Positions 1 through 9,854 of a stretch of 64,000 bases of DNA are shown here, one piece after another. The DNA is from Candidatus Nezhaarchaeales archaeon (lineage in GTDB: Archaea; Thermoproteota; Methanomethylicia; Nezhaarchaeales; WYZ-LMO8), in contig JAWAKK010000001.1 in NCBI GenBank assembly GCA_038887515.1, forward strand, positions 384,001 through 448,000, read 5' to 3'. The notes under the pieces were generated by a model. That model searched no databases and was not told where the DNA came from. It saw only the letters and a list, made by a program, of their open reading frames with translations. Position 1 is the first letter of the stretch. Each line of letters opens with the position of its first letter. A program made the position numbers and the translations under genes.

Positions 1-352
1 TTAGTCCCCTCCAGCCTACTGATAGCTCTACTTCGCCTACGTGGGCTAGGTAGCTTGTGTCCTGTATGAAGAGTTCGCCGTTGAGTTCTATTGCGGCGAT
101 GTCCCCTGGAACGCTAGGAGCTATCCATATCTCGGTAGGGGACCTTGCAGTGAAAGAGTTGAAGAAGAAGCTCTCGCCTCCAGTAAGCATTCTGGCAATG
201 CCCGTTGAAACGCCTAGAGAGCTTGTTGATATTTGTACTTCTCCTCTATGCAACATGTATGATCCAGGCTCTACCACTATTGATTCGCCCGGATTGAGGA
301 GAACCTTCAATGTAGAATATGCAGGTCCCTTCTCAACTCTATATTGAACCAT
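1..352 (-). CDS. AIM24/TIGR00266 (DUF124) family protein, runs off window start
   Basis: Manual translation from ATG 352: MVQYRVEKGPAYSTLKVLLNPGESIVVEPGSYM...ARMLTGGESFFFNSF...APSVPGDI; not in the ORF track. Confidence 0.85.
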   Translation of the reverse strand, partial: MVQYRVEKGPAYSTLKVLLNPGESIVVEPGSYMLHRGEVQISTSSLGVSTGIARMLTGGESFFFNSFTARSPTEIWIAPSVPGDIAAIELNGELFIQDTSYLAHVGEVELSVGWRGL

Positions 353-546
353 TGAAGCCCCGTACTTTCTGTAATGCTACATTCTTAAAAATTGTTTGAT
401 TAACGTTTACGTTACTAGGAATTGATGGTACCTAAAAATCGAAGATAGCGCATTCCACTACCACAATTTAGCGAGCTCTACTCGTATTCAGCACGTGAAG
501 CTGGCGTTTGCAGACTTCTTTGTTTAAAGGAAATAATTGGTTGAGT

Positions 547-687
547 TTAACCCATCATCTCTTCTCGCTTCTTAGCTTCCTTCATGATCCTCTTTGACCA
601 CTCCTTTAATATGTTGTCCTCTTCCTTTTTGACCTCTTCGCGACCTGCCTTATTTAAGCGCTCCTTAGTTTCTGGCAGCGTAACCAC
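547..687 (-). CDS. Small charged hypothetical protein (46 aa)
   Basis: GTG-start ORF MVTLPETKERLNKAGREEVKKEEDNILKEWSKRIMKEAKKREEMMG; TATA-like TTTATG ~30 nt upstream. Confidence 0.45.
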   Translation of the reverse strand: MVTLPETKERLNKAGREEVKKEEDNILKEWSKRIMKEAKKREEMMG

Positions 688-746
688 CCTTCATTAACTT
701 GAGAGAAGCAACCACATAAAGCTGGCGTCCAAATTATTGCTTTTAA

Positions 747-1020
747 TTAGGGGATGACTTTTACACCAATCTTCATTGCTACTTGTTCTTGCCTATGATC
801 TAACGTTAGGAGTGGGGCCCTACTTCGTACGGCTTGAGCTATGTATAGAGTATCGTACACCGTCACGTCATAATCTAACGCTATTTTAAGGCGTCTTTAA
901 GATACTTTACTTCAGGCTTCACGATCATGTTCTTTTCACGATAAGGCTCGAAGAGGTCTGCAATTTTTATAGCATCCCCACGCTAATCATGATTCTCATC
1001 TCTACATACCATATAGTCTA
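747..1020 (-). pseudogene. PIN-domain (VapC-like) toxin remnant
   Basis: Frameshifted pieces DAIKIADLF...VKYLKDALK / IALDYDVTVYDTLYIAQAVRSRAPLLTLDHRQEQVAMKIGVKVIP* match the archaeal VapC C-terminal pattern; 5' limit approximate. Confidence 0.7.
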
Positions 1021-1480
1021 TCAAACAATAAACCTTCGAGGTGTTAAGTTACCGTCTCCACGCTATGAGGTGATTGGACAAGATAGCCCGCTGATCGAGA
1101 TTTTGAACCCAGCTCTAGTAGGCTTAGAGCTCACCCCCTCTACTAGCTTCCTGGATCTGCTAGCTAGTGCTAGGTTGGATCTTCAGAGAGTTCGGCTTAT
1201 TGGTAGTATTGAAAACAACTGATAAGATGCTCAATCTAATGGGGGTCTTCGATTTCCTCAAGAGCGAGCGAGGATGTGTGCTCTACGATTAAGGTCCTAG
1301 TCAATTATAGATGAGTTGCGAGCGAGATCGAGAGGTACTGGCTTAAACCTTTGAATATGGAGAGCGAGTTTCGGATCAAGCTACTAAAGCCCACATATCA
1401 TGACCTCTCCACGGCTTTACTCGGCATCGCGCTCTTATATTGCCTCAGCATATCTTTAGTTGAACTTGTAGGGGTAGTGG

Positions 1481-2638
1481 TTGTTGCCAAAGATATTCGC
1501 GGATAAGGAAAAACTCTCCCCTTCATATATACCGGCTAGGCTACCGCATAGAGAAGCCCAGTTGAAGACTCTGCTCGATCTAATTGATGTCGAGAGGGTG
1601 AAGGAAACAGTTTACCCCAAGTACATTCAGGTGATCGGTCCAATAGGGTCTGGGAAGACCTCGTCCTGCATTAAGCTTGGGAAGCTGTTGGAGCAGAAGG
1701 CTTTGAGTAAGGGCTTAAACCTCAAGTCGATATACGTGAACTTAAGGCTTGAGGGCTCCTCTAGGTTTATGGCCTTTAAGTCAATGGTTGAAAGGGTTGC
1801 ATTTGAAGCTGTTTCTCGAAGCCTGAGCCCAGACGAGGTTTTAAAGCAGTTTATTGAGACCTTGAAGGCTAGGAAGTTAATGGCTTTAATAATAGTGGAT
1901 GAGGTGGACTTTCATGTTAGGAGGAGCAAGGAGACCGTGGTCTACGATCTGACTAGGCTCCATGAGCTCACTTTAGGTGAAAGCCCCAATGTTTTAGGTA
2001 CAATATTCATAGCTAGAGACCCTGATTGGGTTAATCTCCTTGACCCTGCTGAAAGGTCCACGCTAGGGAACATTAAGGTTCTGTTTCCTCCTTACTCGAA
2101 GGCTCAGGTCTTCGACATTCTTGAGTACAGGGCATCTGAGGCCCTAGTTCCAGGGGCAGTATCCCACGAAGTGCTGGACTTCATATCGAGTATAGTGGTT
2201 CAGCCGCCTAGGAACGGTGATGTTCGCTTCGCCCTAGACCTGCTCCTATATAGTGGAGTTTTAGCTGAAGAGCAGGGCTTTGATCGTATAACTATAGACC
2301 ATGTGAGGAGCGTCTATGGCAAAAGTGTGGATTCAATTTTATTAAGCGACTTCGAGGAGCTGTCGATAGAGGAGAAAGTGTTGCTATTGGCGACTGCTAA
2401 GGCTCTATTTTCGACGACGTCCCCCTACGTTGATTTGAGCGGCGTTGAAGAACAATCAGTCGTGTTGCTTAAGGAACTTAAAGCTAAAGTAGACCTTCGA
2501 ATAAGCGAAACGATAAAGAAACTTAGCGAGAAGGGTTTTGTTGAGTTAAGCGGTAGAAAGGTGGGGATCCTACTGGGACCTCTATGTAAGTTGATAACCA
2601 TACTAGAAGACCTAATTTCAAGGGAGGTACAAAGGTGA
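1481..2638 (+). CDS. cdc6: Orc1/Cdc6 family AAA+ ATPase
   Basis: N-terminal LSPSYIPARLPHRE, Walker A GPIGSGKT, Walker B IIVDEVD, GDVRFALDLL motif. Confidence 0.9.
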   Translation: MLPKIFADKEKLSPSYIPARLPHREAQLKTLLDLIDVERVKETVYPKYIQVIGPIGSGKTSSCIKLGKLLEQKALSKGLNLKSIYVNLRLEGSSRFMAFKSMVERVAFEAVSRSLSPDEVLKQFIETLKARKLMALIIVDEVDFHVRRSKETVVYDLTRLHELTLGESPNVLGTIFIARDPDWVNLLDPAERSTLGNIKVLFPPYSKAQVFDILEYRASEALVPGAVSHEVLDFISSIVVQPPRNGDVRFALDLLLYSGVLAEEQGFDRITIDHVRSVYGKSVDSILLSDFEELSIEEKVLLLATAKALFSTTSPYVDLSGVEEQSVVLLKELKAKVDLRISETIKKLSEKGFVELSGRKVGILLGPLCKLITILEDLISREVQR

Positions 2639-2913
2639 CCGAGCACCCAATTGAGGTAGCATTGGGTAGTGTTGGTAGGCTCAGAATACTAAAGTGTCTC
2701 CTCTCAGCTTCTAGGCCATTAACTAAGTATGCTATCGAAAAGGCGACTGGGCTCAAATCCGTCGACGTTAAGAGGGACCTAGAAAAGCTCACTTCGATAG
2801 GTTGGTTAACGGTGCTCAAAAACCCTAGATCCCCAGATAAATATGTGGTGAATCGAAGCCTAGAGGAGATTAAGGCATTAGAGGCCTTCTTTAGAGCCGT
2901 AAACTACGTTTAA
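2635..2913 (+). CDS. Winged-helix DNA-binding protein
   Basis: LGSVGRLRILKCL...TKYAIEKATGL wHTH pattern; 4-nt overlap with cdc6. Confidence 0.75.
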   Translation: MTEHPIEVALGSVGRLRILKCLLSASRPLTKYAIEKATGLKSVDVKRDLEKLTSIGWLTVLKNPRSPDKYVVNRSLEEIKALEAFFRAVNYV

Positions 2914-2994
2914 TATCTTCAGTACCCCCTCCCCCACCCAGGGTATTTCACGACTTATAAAGCTGCGGCTCTCTATAATGTTGGAGAGGTTGAG

Positions 2995-3945
2995 ATGGCT
3001 TACGACTACGATTTAACCGATATAAAAGGTGTGGGCCCCGTAACTGCCGAAAAGCTTAGAAACGCGGGAATAACTAGCGTTGAGATGCTGGCCGTAACGC
3101 CTGTAAGAACTTTAATCGAAGTCGCCGGGTTAAGTGAAGATAAGGCTCTAGAACTAGTAAAGGCGGCAAGAGAGCTCGTCCAAATAAAGTTCATGAAGGC
3201 CTCCGAGTACTTAGAGAAACGTAAGCAGGTCGGCTTCTTGACGACGGGCTGTAAGGCTCTAGACGACCTCCTCATGGGTGGAATAGAGACCCAAGCGATT
3301 ACAGAGCTCGTTGGCGAGTACGGCGTCGGAAAGACCCAGCTTTGTCATCAGTTATGCGTAACTGTACAACTACCTAAGGAGAAGGGAGGACTCAGCGGAT
3401 CAGCGCTATACGTAGATACTGAGGGTACCTTCAGGCCTGAGAGGGTACTTCAAATAGCTGAGAGATTTCGTTTGGACGGTGAGCGAGCCCTAGATAACGT
3501 GGTTTACGCTAGAGCTTACAACAGCGACCATCAAATGCTGATAATTGAGGAAGCAGCGAACATAATTAAAGAGAACAACGTGAAGCTAATCGTAGTAGAC
3601 TCCTTGATAAGCCACTTCAGAGGAGAGTACTTGGGGAGAGAGACTTTAGCCATCAGGCAACAGAGGTTAAACAAGCACATCCACCAGCTTTTAAGGCTTG
3701 CAGACATATACAACCTAGCCGTCGTGGTAACGAATCAAGTTCTAGCTAATCCAGAAGCATTCTTCGGTAACCCGCAGAAGCCGGCAGGAGGCAACATATT
3801 AGCTCACGGATCTACGTATAGGCTGTGGTTGAGAAAGGGGAAGGAGAATAAGAGAATAGCAAGGATATTTGATTCGCCGAAGCATCCGGAGGCTGAAGCG
3901 GTGTTCACAATTACAGATAAAGGAGTAATCGATGCAGAGGATTAG
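2995..3945 (+). CDS. radA: DNA repair and recombination protein RadA
   Basis: N-terminal HhH ([12 protein letters not shown]), Walker [31 protein letters not shown]. Confidence 0.96.
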   Translation: MAYDYDLTDIKGVGPVTAEKLRNAGITSVEMLAVTPVRTLIEVAGLSEDKALELVKAARELVQIKFMKASEYLEKRKQVGFLTTGCKALDDLLMGGIETQAITELVGEYGVGKTQLCHQLCVTVQLPKEKGGLSGSALYVDTEGTFRPERVLQIAERFRLDGERALDNVVYARAYNSDHQMLIIEEAANIIKENNVKLIVVDSLISHFRGEYLGRETLAIRQQRLNKHIHQLLRLADIYNLAVVVTNQVLANPEAFFGNPQKPAGGNILAHGSTYRLWLRKGKENKRIARIFDSPKHPEAEAVFTITDKGVIDAED

Positions 3946-3947
3946 CC

Positions 3948-4829
3948 CTAGATCAGGTTTATAGATGGCTTAAGGTCAAAGGGAGGCCTATGGGGGCCAT
4001 CTTCCATTACAACTGCATAAAGAGCTTTGGGAGGGGTCAAGTCGAAGTATAGGTTGAATGGTTCTACTCTGCTTATCTTGCTTAGAATCTCCTCTCCTTC
4101 TTTTACTTCGAGCACTACGTCTTCGACTCGCGCTTCTACGTCGACTTTAATAGATTCGCAAAAAGTTACATTCCTTAGCCCCATATCAGCTAAAGCTAGA
4201 GCTATCTGCGCGGTCCCAACCTTGTTTACTACGTGTCCGTCTCGGAGAATAGAGTCGGCTCCAAATACGAAGACCTCTACATCGAATATCCTCGACGCTT
4301 GATTCGCCGAAGCATCGACGATCAGCTTGACCTTATGACCCATGGAAGCCAATTGCTTAGCCGTAGCTACCCCTTCGCAGCGAGGTCTTGACTCCGTCAC
4401 TAATACGAACTTCTTATCGCTCATGGCTTTAAAGAACTCTAGGACTGTTGAGCTCAAGCTATGAGTTAGGAACACATTATACTCCTTTAAGAGCTCGGTA
4501 GCCTTCCTAGCGACTTCCATCTTTGATTTCTCTAAATAATCTTTGAGGTCCTGCAGGGCTTTCAAGACCTCACTTAATAACCTTGACTCTTTAAGTGACC
4601 TCTTCACGACATTAGATGAAATAATAGCCGTATTCTTCAATGAGGTCATGCTAGGTCTTACCCGTTTAAAGGCTTCTACCAGTAGCTCTTGCTCCTTCTC
4701 GAGATCGGCTGAACCCCACAAGTTTTCTGCCAAACACTTAAACGCATCTATAGACCTAGAAGCCAACCACAACGCTCCGTGCTCTCTATCGTTCCTGACT
4801 TCATCTAATATTGATAGCCACTCCTTCAC
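3948..4829 (-). CDS. eIF-2B alpha/beta/delta family protein (R15P isomerase-like fold)
   Basis: RPSM, THSLSSTV, TESRPRCEG, GADSI...VVNKVGT, FDLTP motifs. Confidence 0.85.
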   Translation of the reverse strand: MKEWLSILDEVRNDREHGALWLASRSIDAFKCLAENLWGSADLEKEQELLVEAFKRVRPSMTSLKNTAIISSNVVKRSLKESRLLSEVLKALQDLKDYLEKSKMEVARKATELLKEYNVFLTHSLSSTVLEFFKAMSDKKFVLVTESRPRCEGVATAKQLASMGHKVKLIVDASANQASRIFDVEVFVFGADSILRDGHVVNKVGTAQIALALADMGLRNVTFCESIKVDVEARVEDVVLEVKEGEEILSKISRVEPFNLYFDLTPPKALYAVVMEDGPHRPPFDLKPSINLI

Positions 4830-4954
4830 AGTAGTAAATTAACAGACACGCTCACTTAATTCTACTAGCTTCAGACTTGTACTATGCGACTTTCAAAAAC
4901 TATATGGAGGTTTTGTCACAAAAGTTCCTGACTCGCCACTTAAGGTGAACAACT

Positions 4955-5560
4955 TTGCTTCCATCCATCTACAAGTGCAATATGTGTGGTGAATACATCG
5001 AGGAAGAGGAGCATTGCTCGTTACTAGCAAAGCACTCACTGGAGCATGCACCCGACTCTGTGGGGTTAAAGTCAAGTGAAAATAGTTGGGTAATGCTTAG
5101 CGAGCTAGTAACGAAAATTAAGCATCACAAACCCCATTATAGTTGGTTGTCTGAGGACCTCATAAAGCTGTTGCCATCCTAGATCCTAAAGGAAGATTCG
5201 AGCTGCGAAGGAATTTCATAAGGGCTAGGCATGGGCACTCAAAGAAGATTAAAGTTAAGGTGGAGTACCAAGAAGATCAAGAGATAAAAACCTTGTATCA
5301 TGGTACAAGCATCTCGAAGTTAGATGCCATACTTAGAGAGGGCATCAAATCCATGAGCAGGGTAATGGTTCACTTAACATCATCAGTTCAAGATGCATCG
5401 AGGTAGCTTTGAGGAAAAGTTAGAAGATTGTGATATTTGAAATAGATGCAGATAGGCTTAGGCAAGAGGGCTTCAAGCTGTACAAGGCTAGCAGCAAGGT
5501 GTATGTAACGAGCTACGTACCTCCTTCAGCGATTAGAAAGTATGAGTTAATAACCCTTAG
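4955..5560 (+). pseudogene. kptA: RNA 2'-phosphotransferase Tpt1/KptA, fragmented
   Basis: Three frames: MLPSIYKC..., DPKGRFE...IRARHGHS...LYHGTS...GIKSMSRVMVHLT, VIFEIDA...VYVTSYVPPSAI; two frameshifts and an internal TAG. Confidence 0.85.
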
Positions 5561-5656
5561 CCGATTTTCGACTCAGTTTTACAACTTTTTGAGCGAATGG
5601 GTAACGTTATTATAGGGCTCTGTAGAACTAGGGTACCGAGTAAGAGGGTTTTCATC

Positions 5657-6412
5657 GTGCCATTGCTCGAAATTATTGACCTGCATGCAGAGGTTGGTGA
5701 AAAACAAATACTTAGAGGAATAAACCTCAGCATAAATGCCGGAGAAGTTCACGTGCTTTTTGGACCTAATGGATCTGGCAAGACAACTCTCATAAATGCC
5801 ATAATTGGGAACCCCGCCGTCAAGATCGTCAAGGGGAAAATAATGTTCAAGGGCGTCGACATAACTCGATTGCCAACACCAGAGAGAATCAAGATGGGCA
5901 TGGGCGTAGCCTTCCAACACCCACCCAAGATTAGGGGTGTAAGGCTACAAGACCTCTTAGATGGGATGGCTAGCAAGATTGGAAGCAAGGTGGACGTGGA
6001 GAAGGCTGCTGCTCTTGTTAAGATGAAGGAGTACTTGGATAGAGAGGTTAACGTTGGCTTTTCAGGTGGTGAACTCAAGAGATCCGAGATACTTCAGCTT
6101 CTAGTTCAATCGCCAGAGCTTCTTCTGCTAGATGAACCAGACTCCGGGGTTGACGTTGAGAACTTAACGGTCATAGCCAACGCAATAAACGAGCTCTGCG
6201 AGCTCAACTTAAAGCCGAGCATGAGGACTAGAGCTGCTCTAATAATCACCCACTTAGGGTACATCTTGAATTACGTTAAGGCTGATAGAGCCCACGTGCT
6301 CTTCAATGGCAAGATAGCTTGCTCTGGAAAACCTAACGAGATACTGAAGCAGATAATGGAGCACGGATTTGAGAGGTGCCATGAATGCCTTCAGGAACAA
6401 GGAGTCAAATAG
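5657..6412 (+). CDS. sufC: Fe-S assembly ABC ATPase SufC/SmsC
   Basis: GPNGSGKT, FSGGELKRSE, LLLDEPDSGVD, C-terminal CxxC (RCHEC); GTG 5657 preferred as start. Confidence 0.9.
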   Translation: MPLLEIIDLHAEVGEKQILRGINLSINAGEVHVLFGPNGSGKTTLINAIIGNPAVKIVKGKIMFKGVDITRLPTPERIKMGMGVAFQHPPKIRGVRLQDLLDGMASKIGSKVDVEKAAALVKMKEYLDREVNVGFSGGELKRSEILQLLVQSPELLLLDEPDSGVDVENLTVIANAINELCELNLKPSMRTRAALIITHLGYILNYVKADRAHVLFNGKIACSGKPNEILKQIMEHGFERCHECLQEQGVK

Positions 6413-7605
6413 AGCAATTAAAGAAGAAGGCTGAAGAAACTTTAACCAAACCCCCTGCTTTCGGGCCAGACTTAGACCTCTCCAAGTACAGGTATGAAGT
6501 CGAGAAGCCGAAAGACTGGCTCACAGAAGATCTTATAGAAAGAGCTGAGACCGTTGGAATCGACTTACGCGAGAGGGAGAGATCAGGAACCTACCTACAG
6601 CTTGACCACTACTCAATAATCGAAAAGGCTACAGCAGGCGGCGTAGAAGTCATGAGCATAAGCAAGGCACTTGAAAGTTACGACTGGCTCCTCGACTACT
6701 ACTGGAAGGCACTAAGCGTCGACATGGACAAGTTCACAGCACTAGCAGAAGTTAAGAGAACTGAGGGTTACTTCATAAGGGCTAAAAAGGGGGTTAAGAT
6801 AGACCTCCCAATACAAGCATGCTTATACTTGAAGACTCCAAGGATAGCTCAGAACGTTCACAACATAATAATCGTAGAAGAAGGAGCTGAGCTTCACGTA
6901 ATAACTGGTTGCGTTACACCAAAGAAGGCTGAAGGGCTCCACGTAGGAGTTTCAGAGTTCTACGTTAAGAAGGGCGGTAAGCTGACCTTCACTATGATTC
7001 ACGGATGGACTGAAGAAGTTGACGTAAGGCCGAGAACAGGTGTGATACTTGAAGATGATGCCTCTTACACCTCAATTTACGTAAACTTAAACCCTGTAAG
7101 GACGTTTCAGATGATGCCTAAAGTGTACTTGGAGGGCAGGAATGCGAGGTGCTACTTAGCCTCAATAATAGCAGCCTCAAAGAGCTCCTATTTTGATGTA
7201 GGTGGAGCTACTTATTTAAGAGCCGAGAACACGAAGGCAGAGATAGTCTCAAAGACTGTGGCCAAAGATGAAGCTTACGTTGCTGCTCGGGGCTTCATCG
7301 TCGGCGAGAGGGATGGAGTTAAAGGACATTTAGAGTGTAGAGGGATGCTCCTTTCACCTAAATCAGTGATACTAGCTATTCCAGAACTTGAAGCTAGAGC
7401 TAGGGATGTAGAGTTATCACACGAAGCTGCTGTTGGAAAGATAGCGGAGGAGGAGATATACTACCTTATGGCTAGGGGCTTCAGTGAGGAAGAGGCAACC
7501 TCAATAATAATAAGAGGCTTCATGAACGTGGATGTGAAAGGCTTACCGCCAGCACTTGCACTACAAATTAAGAAGGCCTTGGACATTAGCGCAAAGAGTC
7601 TCTAG
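6385..7605 (+). CDS. sufB: Fe-S scaffold SufB/D-family (SmsB)
   Basis: GHLECRGMLL, ELSHEAAVGKIAEEEIYYLMARG motifs; coupled to sufC. Confidence 0.9.
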   Translation: MPSGTRSQIEQLKKKAEETLTKPPAFGPDLDLSKYRYEVEKPKDWLTEDLIERAETVGIDLRERERSGTYLQLDHYSIIEKATAGGVEVMSISKALESYDWLLDYYWKALSVDMDKFTALAEVKRTEGYFIRAKKGVKIDLPIQACLYLKTPRIAQNVHNIIIVEEGAELHVITGCVTPKKAEGLHVGVSEFYVKKGGKLTFTMIHGWTEEVDVRPRTGVILEDDASYTSIYVNLNPVRTFQMMPKVYLEGRNARCYLASIIAASKSSYFDVGGATYLRAENTKAEIVSKTVAKDEAYVAARGFIVGERDGVKGHLECRGMLLSPKSVILAIPELEARARDVELSHEAAVGKIAEEEIYYLMARGFSEEEATSIIIRGFMNVDVKGLPPALALQIKKALDISAKSL

Positions 7606-8158
7606 ACATTTTCCTCCCCTCTATCATGGCCTGTGCGAGAAGAGTGTACGCCATCTTGGCAGCTCTCTCAGGCATATAGCAATTGGGAACAAGCCCCTTA
7701 CCTAGTATTTCAAGTGCTTGCTCAAACTCTTGCATTCTAACGCCCAAAGGAAGAGTCCAAGCCACAATTATCGGCTTTCCATATCGCCTGCTAGATTCAA
7801 CGATTGCCCTCGAAATGTTGATGGGCGAAGGTGCATGGATTATTGGTGGTGAGATTATCATGTCTATATTAGGGTCTCGGCACATTATTTCAAGAGCCTC
7901 TCTATACATGTCTATATTTTCAAGAATAGAACCCGTAGTATCTACAGGGTTCGTAACTGAAGCTATTGGTGGTAGAATTGCTTTCAACTTCTCAATGCTC
8001 TCCTTAGTCAGTGAGGGGACTTTAAGGCCATACCTTTCACAAGCTATGACAGCAGGTCCTCCTAGAACCGATATTATTCCAACCCTGTTGCCCTTTGGTC
8101 TTAAGGAGCAGGCAAGGGTCATGGAGAGCTCGTAGAGCTCCTCGAAACTTTCAGCCTG
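7586..8158 (-). pseudogene. ADP-forming acyl-CoA synthetase alpha subunit, C-terminal fragment
   Basis: QAESFEELYELSMTL...GNRVGIISVLGGPAVIA...NPVDTTG...PERAAK; N-terminal CoA-binding domain absent. Confidence 0.8.
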
Positions 8159-8223
8159 ATCTTCAAAGGCCCCTCTGCAATATAGTGTCCGAGGAGGTTC
8201 TCGATTTTCACTAGACGTTCCAT
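8153..8223 (-). pseudogene. 5' fragment of a Clp1-family kinase paralog
   Basis: MERLVKIENLLGHYIAEGPLKIRL aligns with MVLPGKIERIAGYYIAEGPLKIKL of 38364..39647. Confidence 0.75.
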
Positions 8224-8539
8224 TGACTTGCCCTCAAATGTAATCATCGAGACTTATATATTAAGGATATCCAAAGCCTTGAAAATTAATTTGATGACAT
8301 AAGAACGTTGTAAGCTCAAGAAGCGCTAAGCTCTTCTTTGGGACGTCGAGGCTCCGCATCGTAATAGCTTCTCAAGATAGCATCAATATAGTTGATGACA
8401 ATTTATGAAATGGATAGTCAAATGAATTCGATGTGGCATTTTGATGCTTAAAGGAAAGAGGAGTTGAAGCTTTAAGTGATTTGCGCATCAAGCTTCATTT
8501 AGAAGAAATTTTTAAACTTCCTTCGATTAGCCGCTCATC

Positions 8540-9727
8540 GTGTGGTGGCTAAGCTTCGTCCTTCACGAAGCAGGGTTTAACCTGCTGTTGATATTGCTGC
8601 CACTCTACGTGGTCTCCATTGGTGGATCGCTCACTGATGTAGGCATTATGTGTATGATAGGGCAGCTCGTAGCCATTCCAGCTTCAATGTTTTGGGGCTA
8701 CATCTGCGATAAAGCGAGGAGTTACAAGCCCTTCATCATCTTATCCTTCTCATCCCTCTCAATAGCTATATACTCCTTAGTAGTGGTAACTAAAGTAAGT
8801 CATCTGATCTTCCTTTATGCTATATTATCAATATTTCATTCAGCTCACGGTCCTCCACGAAATGTGCTGATAGCAGAACTACACACATATGAAGAATGGA
8901 AAAGGAGCTTTGCAGTATTTGGAGGGTTCGCGGAGATCGGGCGGCTTATAGGATTGCTCATGGGCGCCTACATTTCATTTAGCGGGGCAAGTACCATCTC
9001 TCTGATATCCTTATGTGGTAGCCTACACATAGCTGCCCTCCTCTTATCCATCATCCTTATTAGAGATCCCATTTTGATTCTAGAGCGCCGTTTAGTATAC
9101 ATAAAGAGGATGGTGGACTTAGTAGATAGAGGGACTTATGCTTTCTGTAAAGCTCTCGATGGGTTCTCTAGAGTTTGTAACCTTAAGGAGGTGAATGTAA
9201 AAGCTTTTTATGCTGGATTAACCTTCTTCCAAGCAGCATCAACCATGCTCTTCACTCCATTGCCTATATTTCTCTCACGTGAACTAGCCCTCCAACAAGG
9301 CCTAGTCTTCACTATATATACCTTAAACTCCTTGGGTGTTGTTCTAGGTTACTTACACCTAATTTATCGATCTAGCGAAAATGTTGAGAAGACCTCTTTG
9401 CTTAAAGTCGTGCTACTAAGAAGTGTAACGGTCTTCTTAATGTTCATTGCACTATCATCGACCTTTAATGTAGTGATAATTACAGCGTTGCTAACCCTGC
9501 TAGGCTATCTCTATGCGCTATTCTACGTCTATGTGTTGACTATTTCTATGGAGCTTTTACCTCCTAAGAAAGTGGGGTTAATTGACGCCATAATAAACCT
9601 GGGCTCGGTTTATGGAGCCTTTATTGGACAGCTTATAGCCGATAAGGTGGGCTTTAACTACGTGTTCCTATTGAGTGGGCTAACATTCTTCGCTTCATTC
9701 ATAGCGTTTAAAGTCTTCAATAGATAG
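8540..9727 (+). CDS. MFS transporter (copy 1)
   Basis: Multi-TM; WGYICDKARSYKPF motif-A-like; close paralog of 40028..41215. Confidence 0.88.
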   Translation: MWWLSFVLHEAGFNLLLILLPLYVVSIGGSLTDVGIMCMIGQLVAIPASMFWGYICDKARSYKPFIILSFSSLSIAIYSLVVVTKVSHLIFLYAILSIFHSAHGPPRNVLIAELHTYEEWKRSFAVFGGFAEIGRLIGLLMGAYISFSGASTISLISLCGSLHIAALLLSIILIRDPILILERRLVYIKRMVDLVDRGTYAFCKALDGFSRVCNLKEVNVKAFYAGLTFFQAASTMLFTPLPIFLSRELALQQGLVFTIYTLNSLGVVLGYLHLIYRSSENVEKTSLLKVVLLRSVTVFLMFIALSSTFNVVIITALLTLLGYLYALFYVYVLTISMELLPPKKVGLIDAIINLGSVYGAFIGQLIADKVGFNYVFLLSGLTFFASFIAFKVFNR

Positions 9728-9854
9728 TTGTTTGACCATAAAGCTACTAGCCTAGAAATATGTGTCTTTGATGTAAAATGCTGCTTTAAGAGAAGACCTG
9801 AGCAACTCTAACTGTTCACACGGCAGTAAGCAACATTAATTAATGTACGCTTCC

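Noticed and set aside
57-347. 96-aa + strand ORF
   Set aside because: Antisense shadow of the AIM24-family gene on the minus strand
989-1222. 77-aa ORF upstream of cdc6
   Set aside because: No recognisable motif and it overlaps the VapC remnant; may be decayed sequence
1030-1480. Replication origin next to cdc6
   Set aside because: Only short GAGCGAG repeats; no ORB-like boxes or AT-rich unwinding element seen
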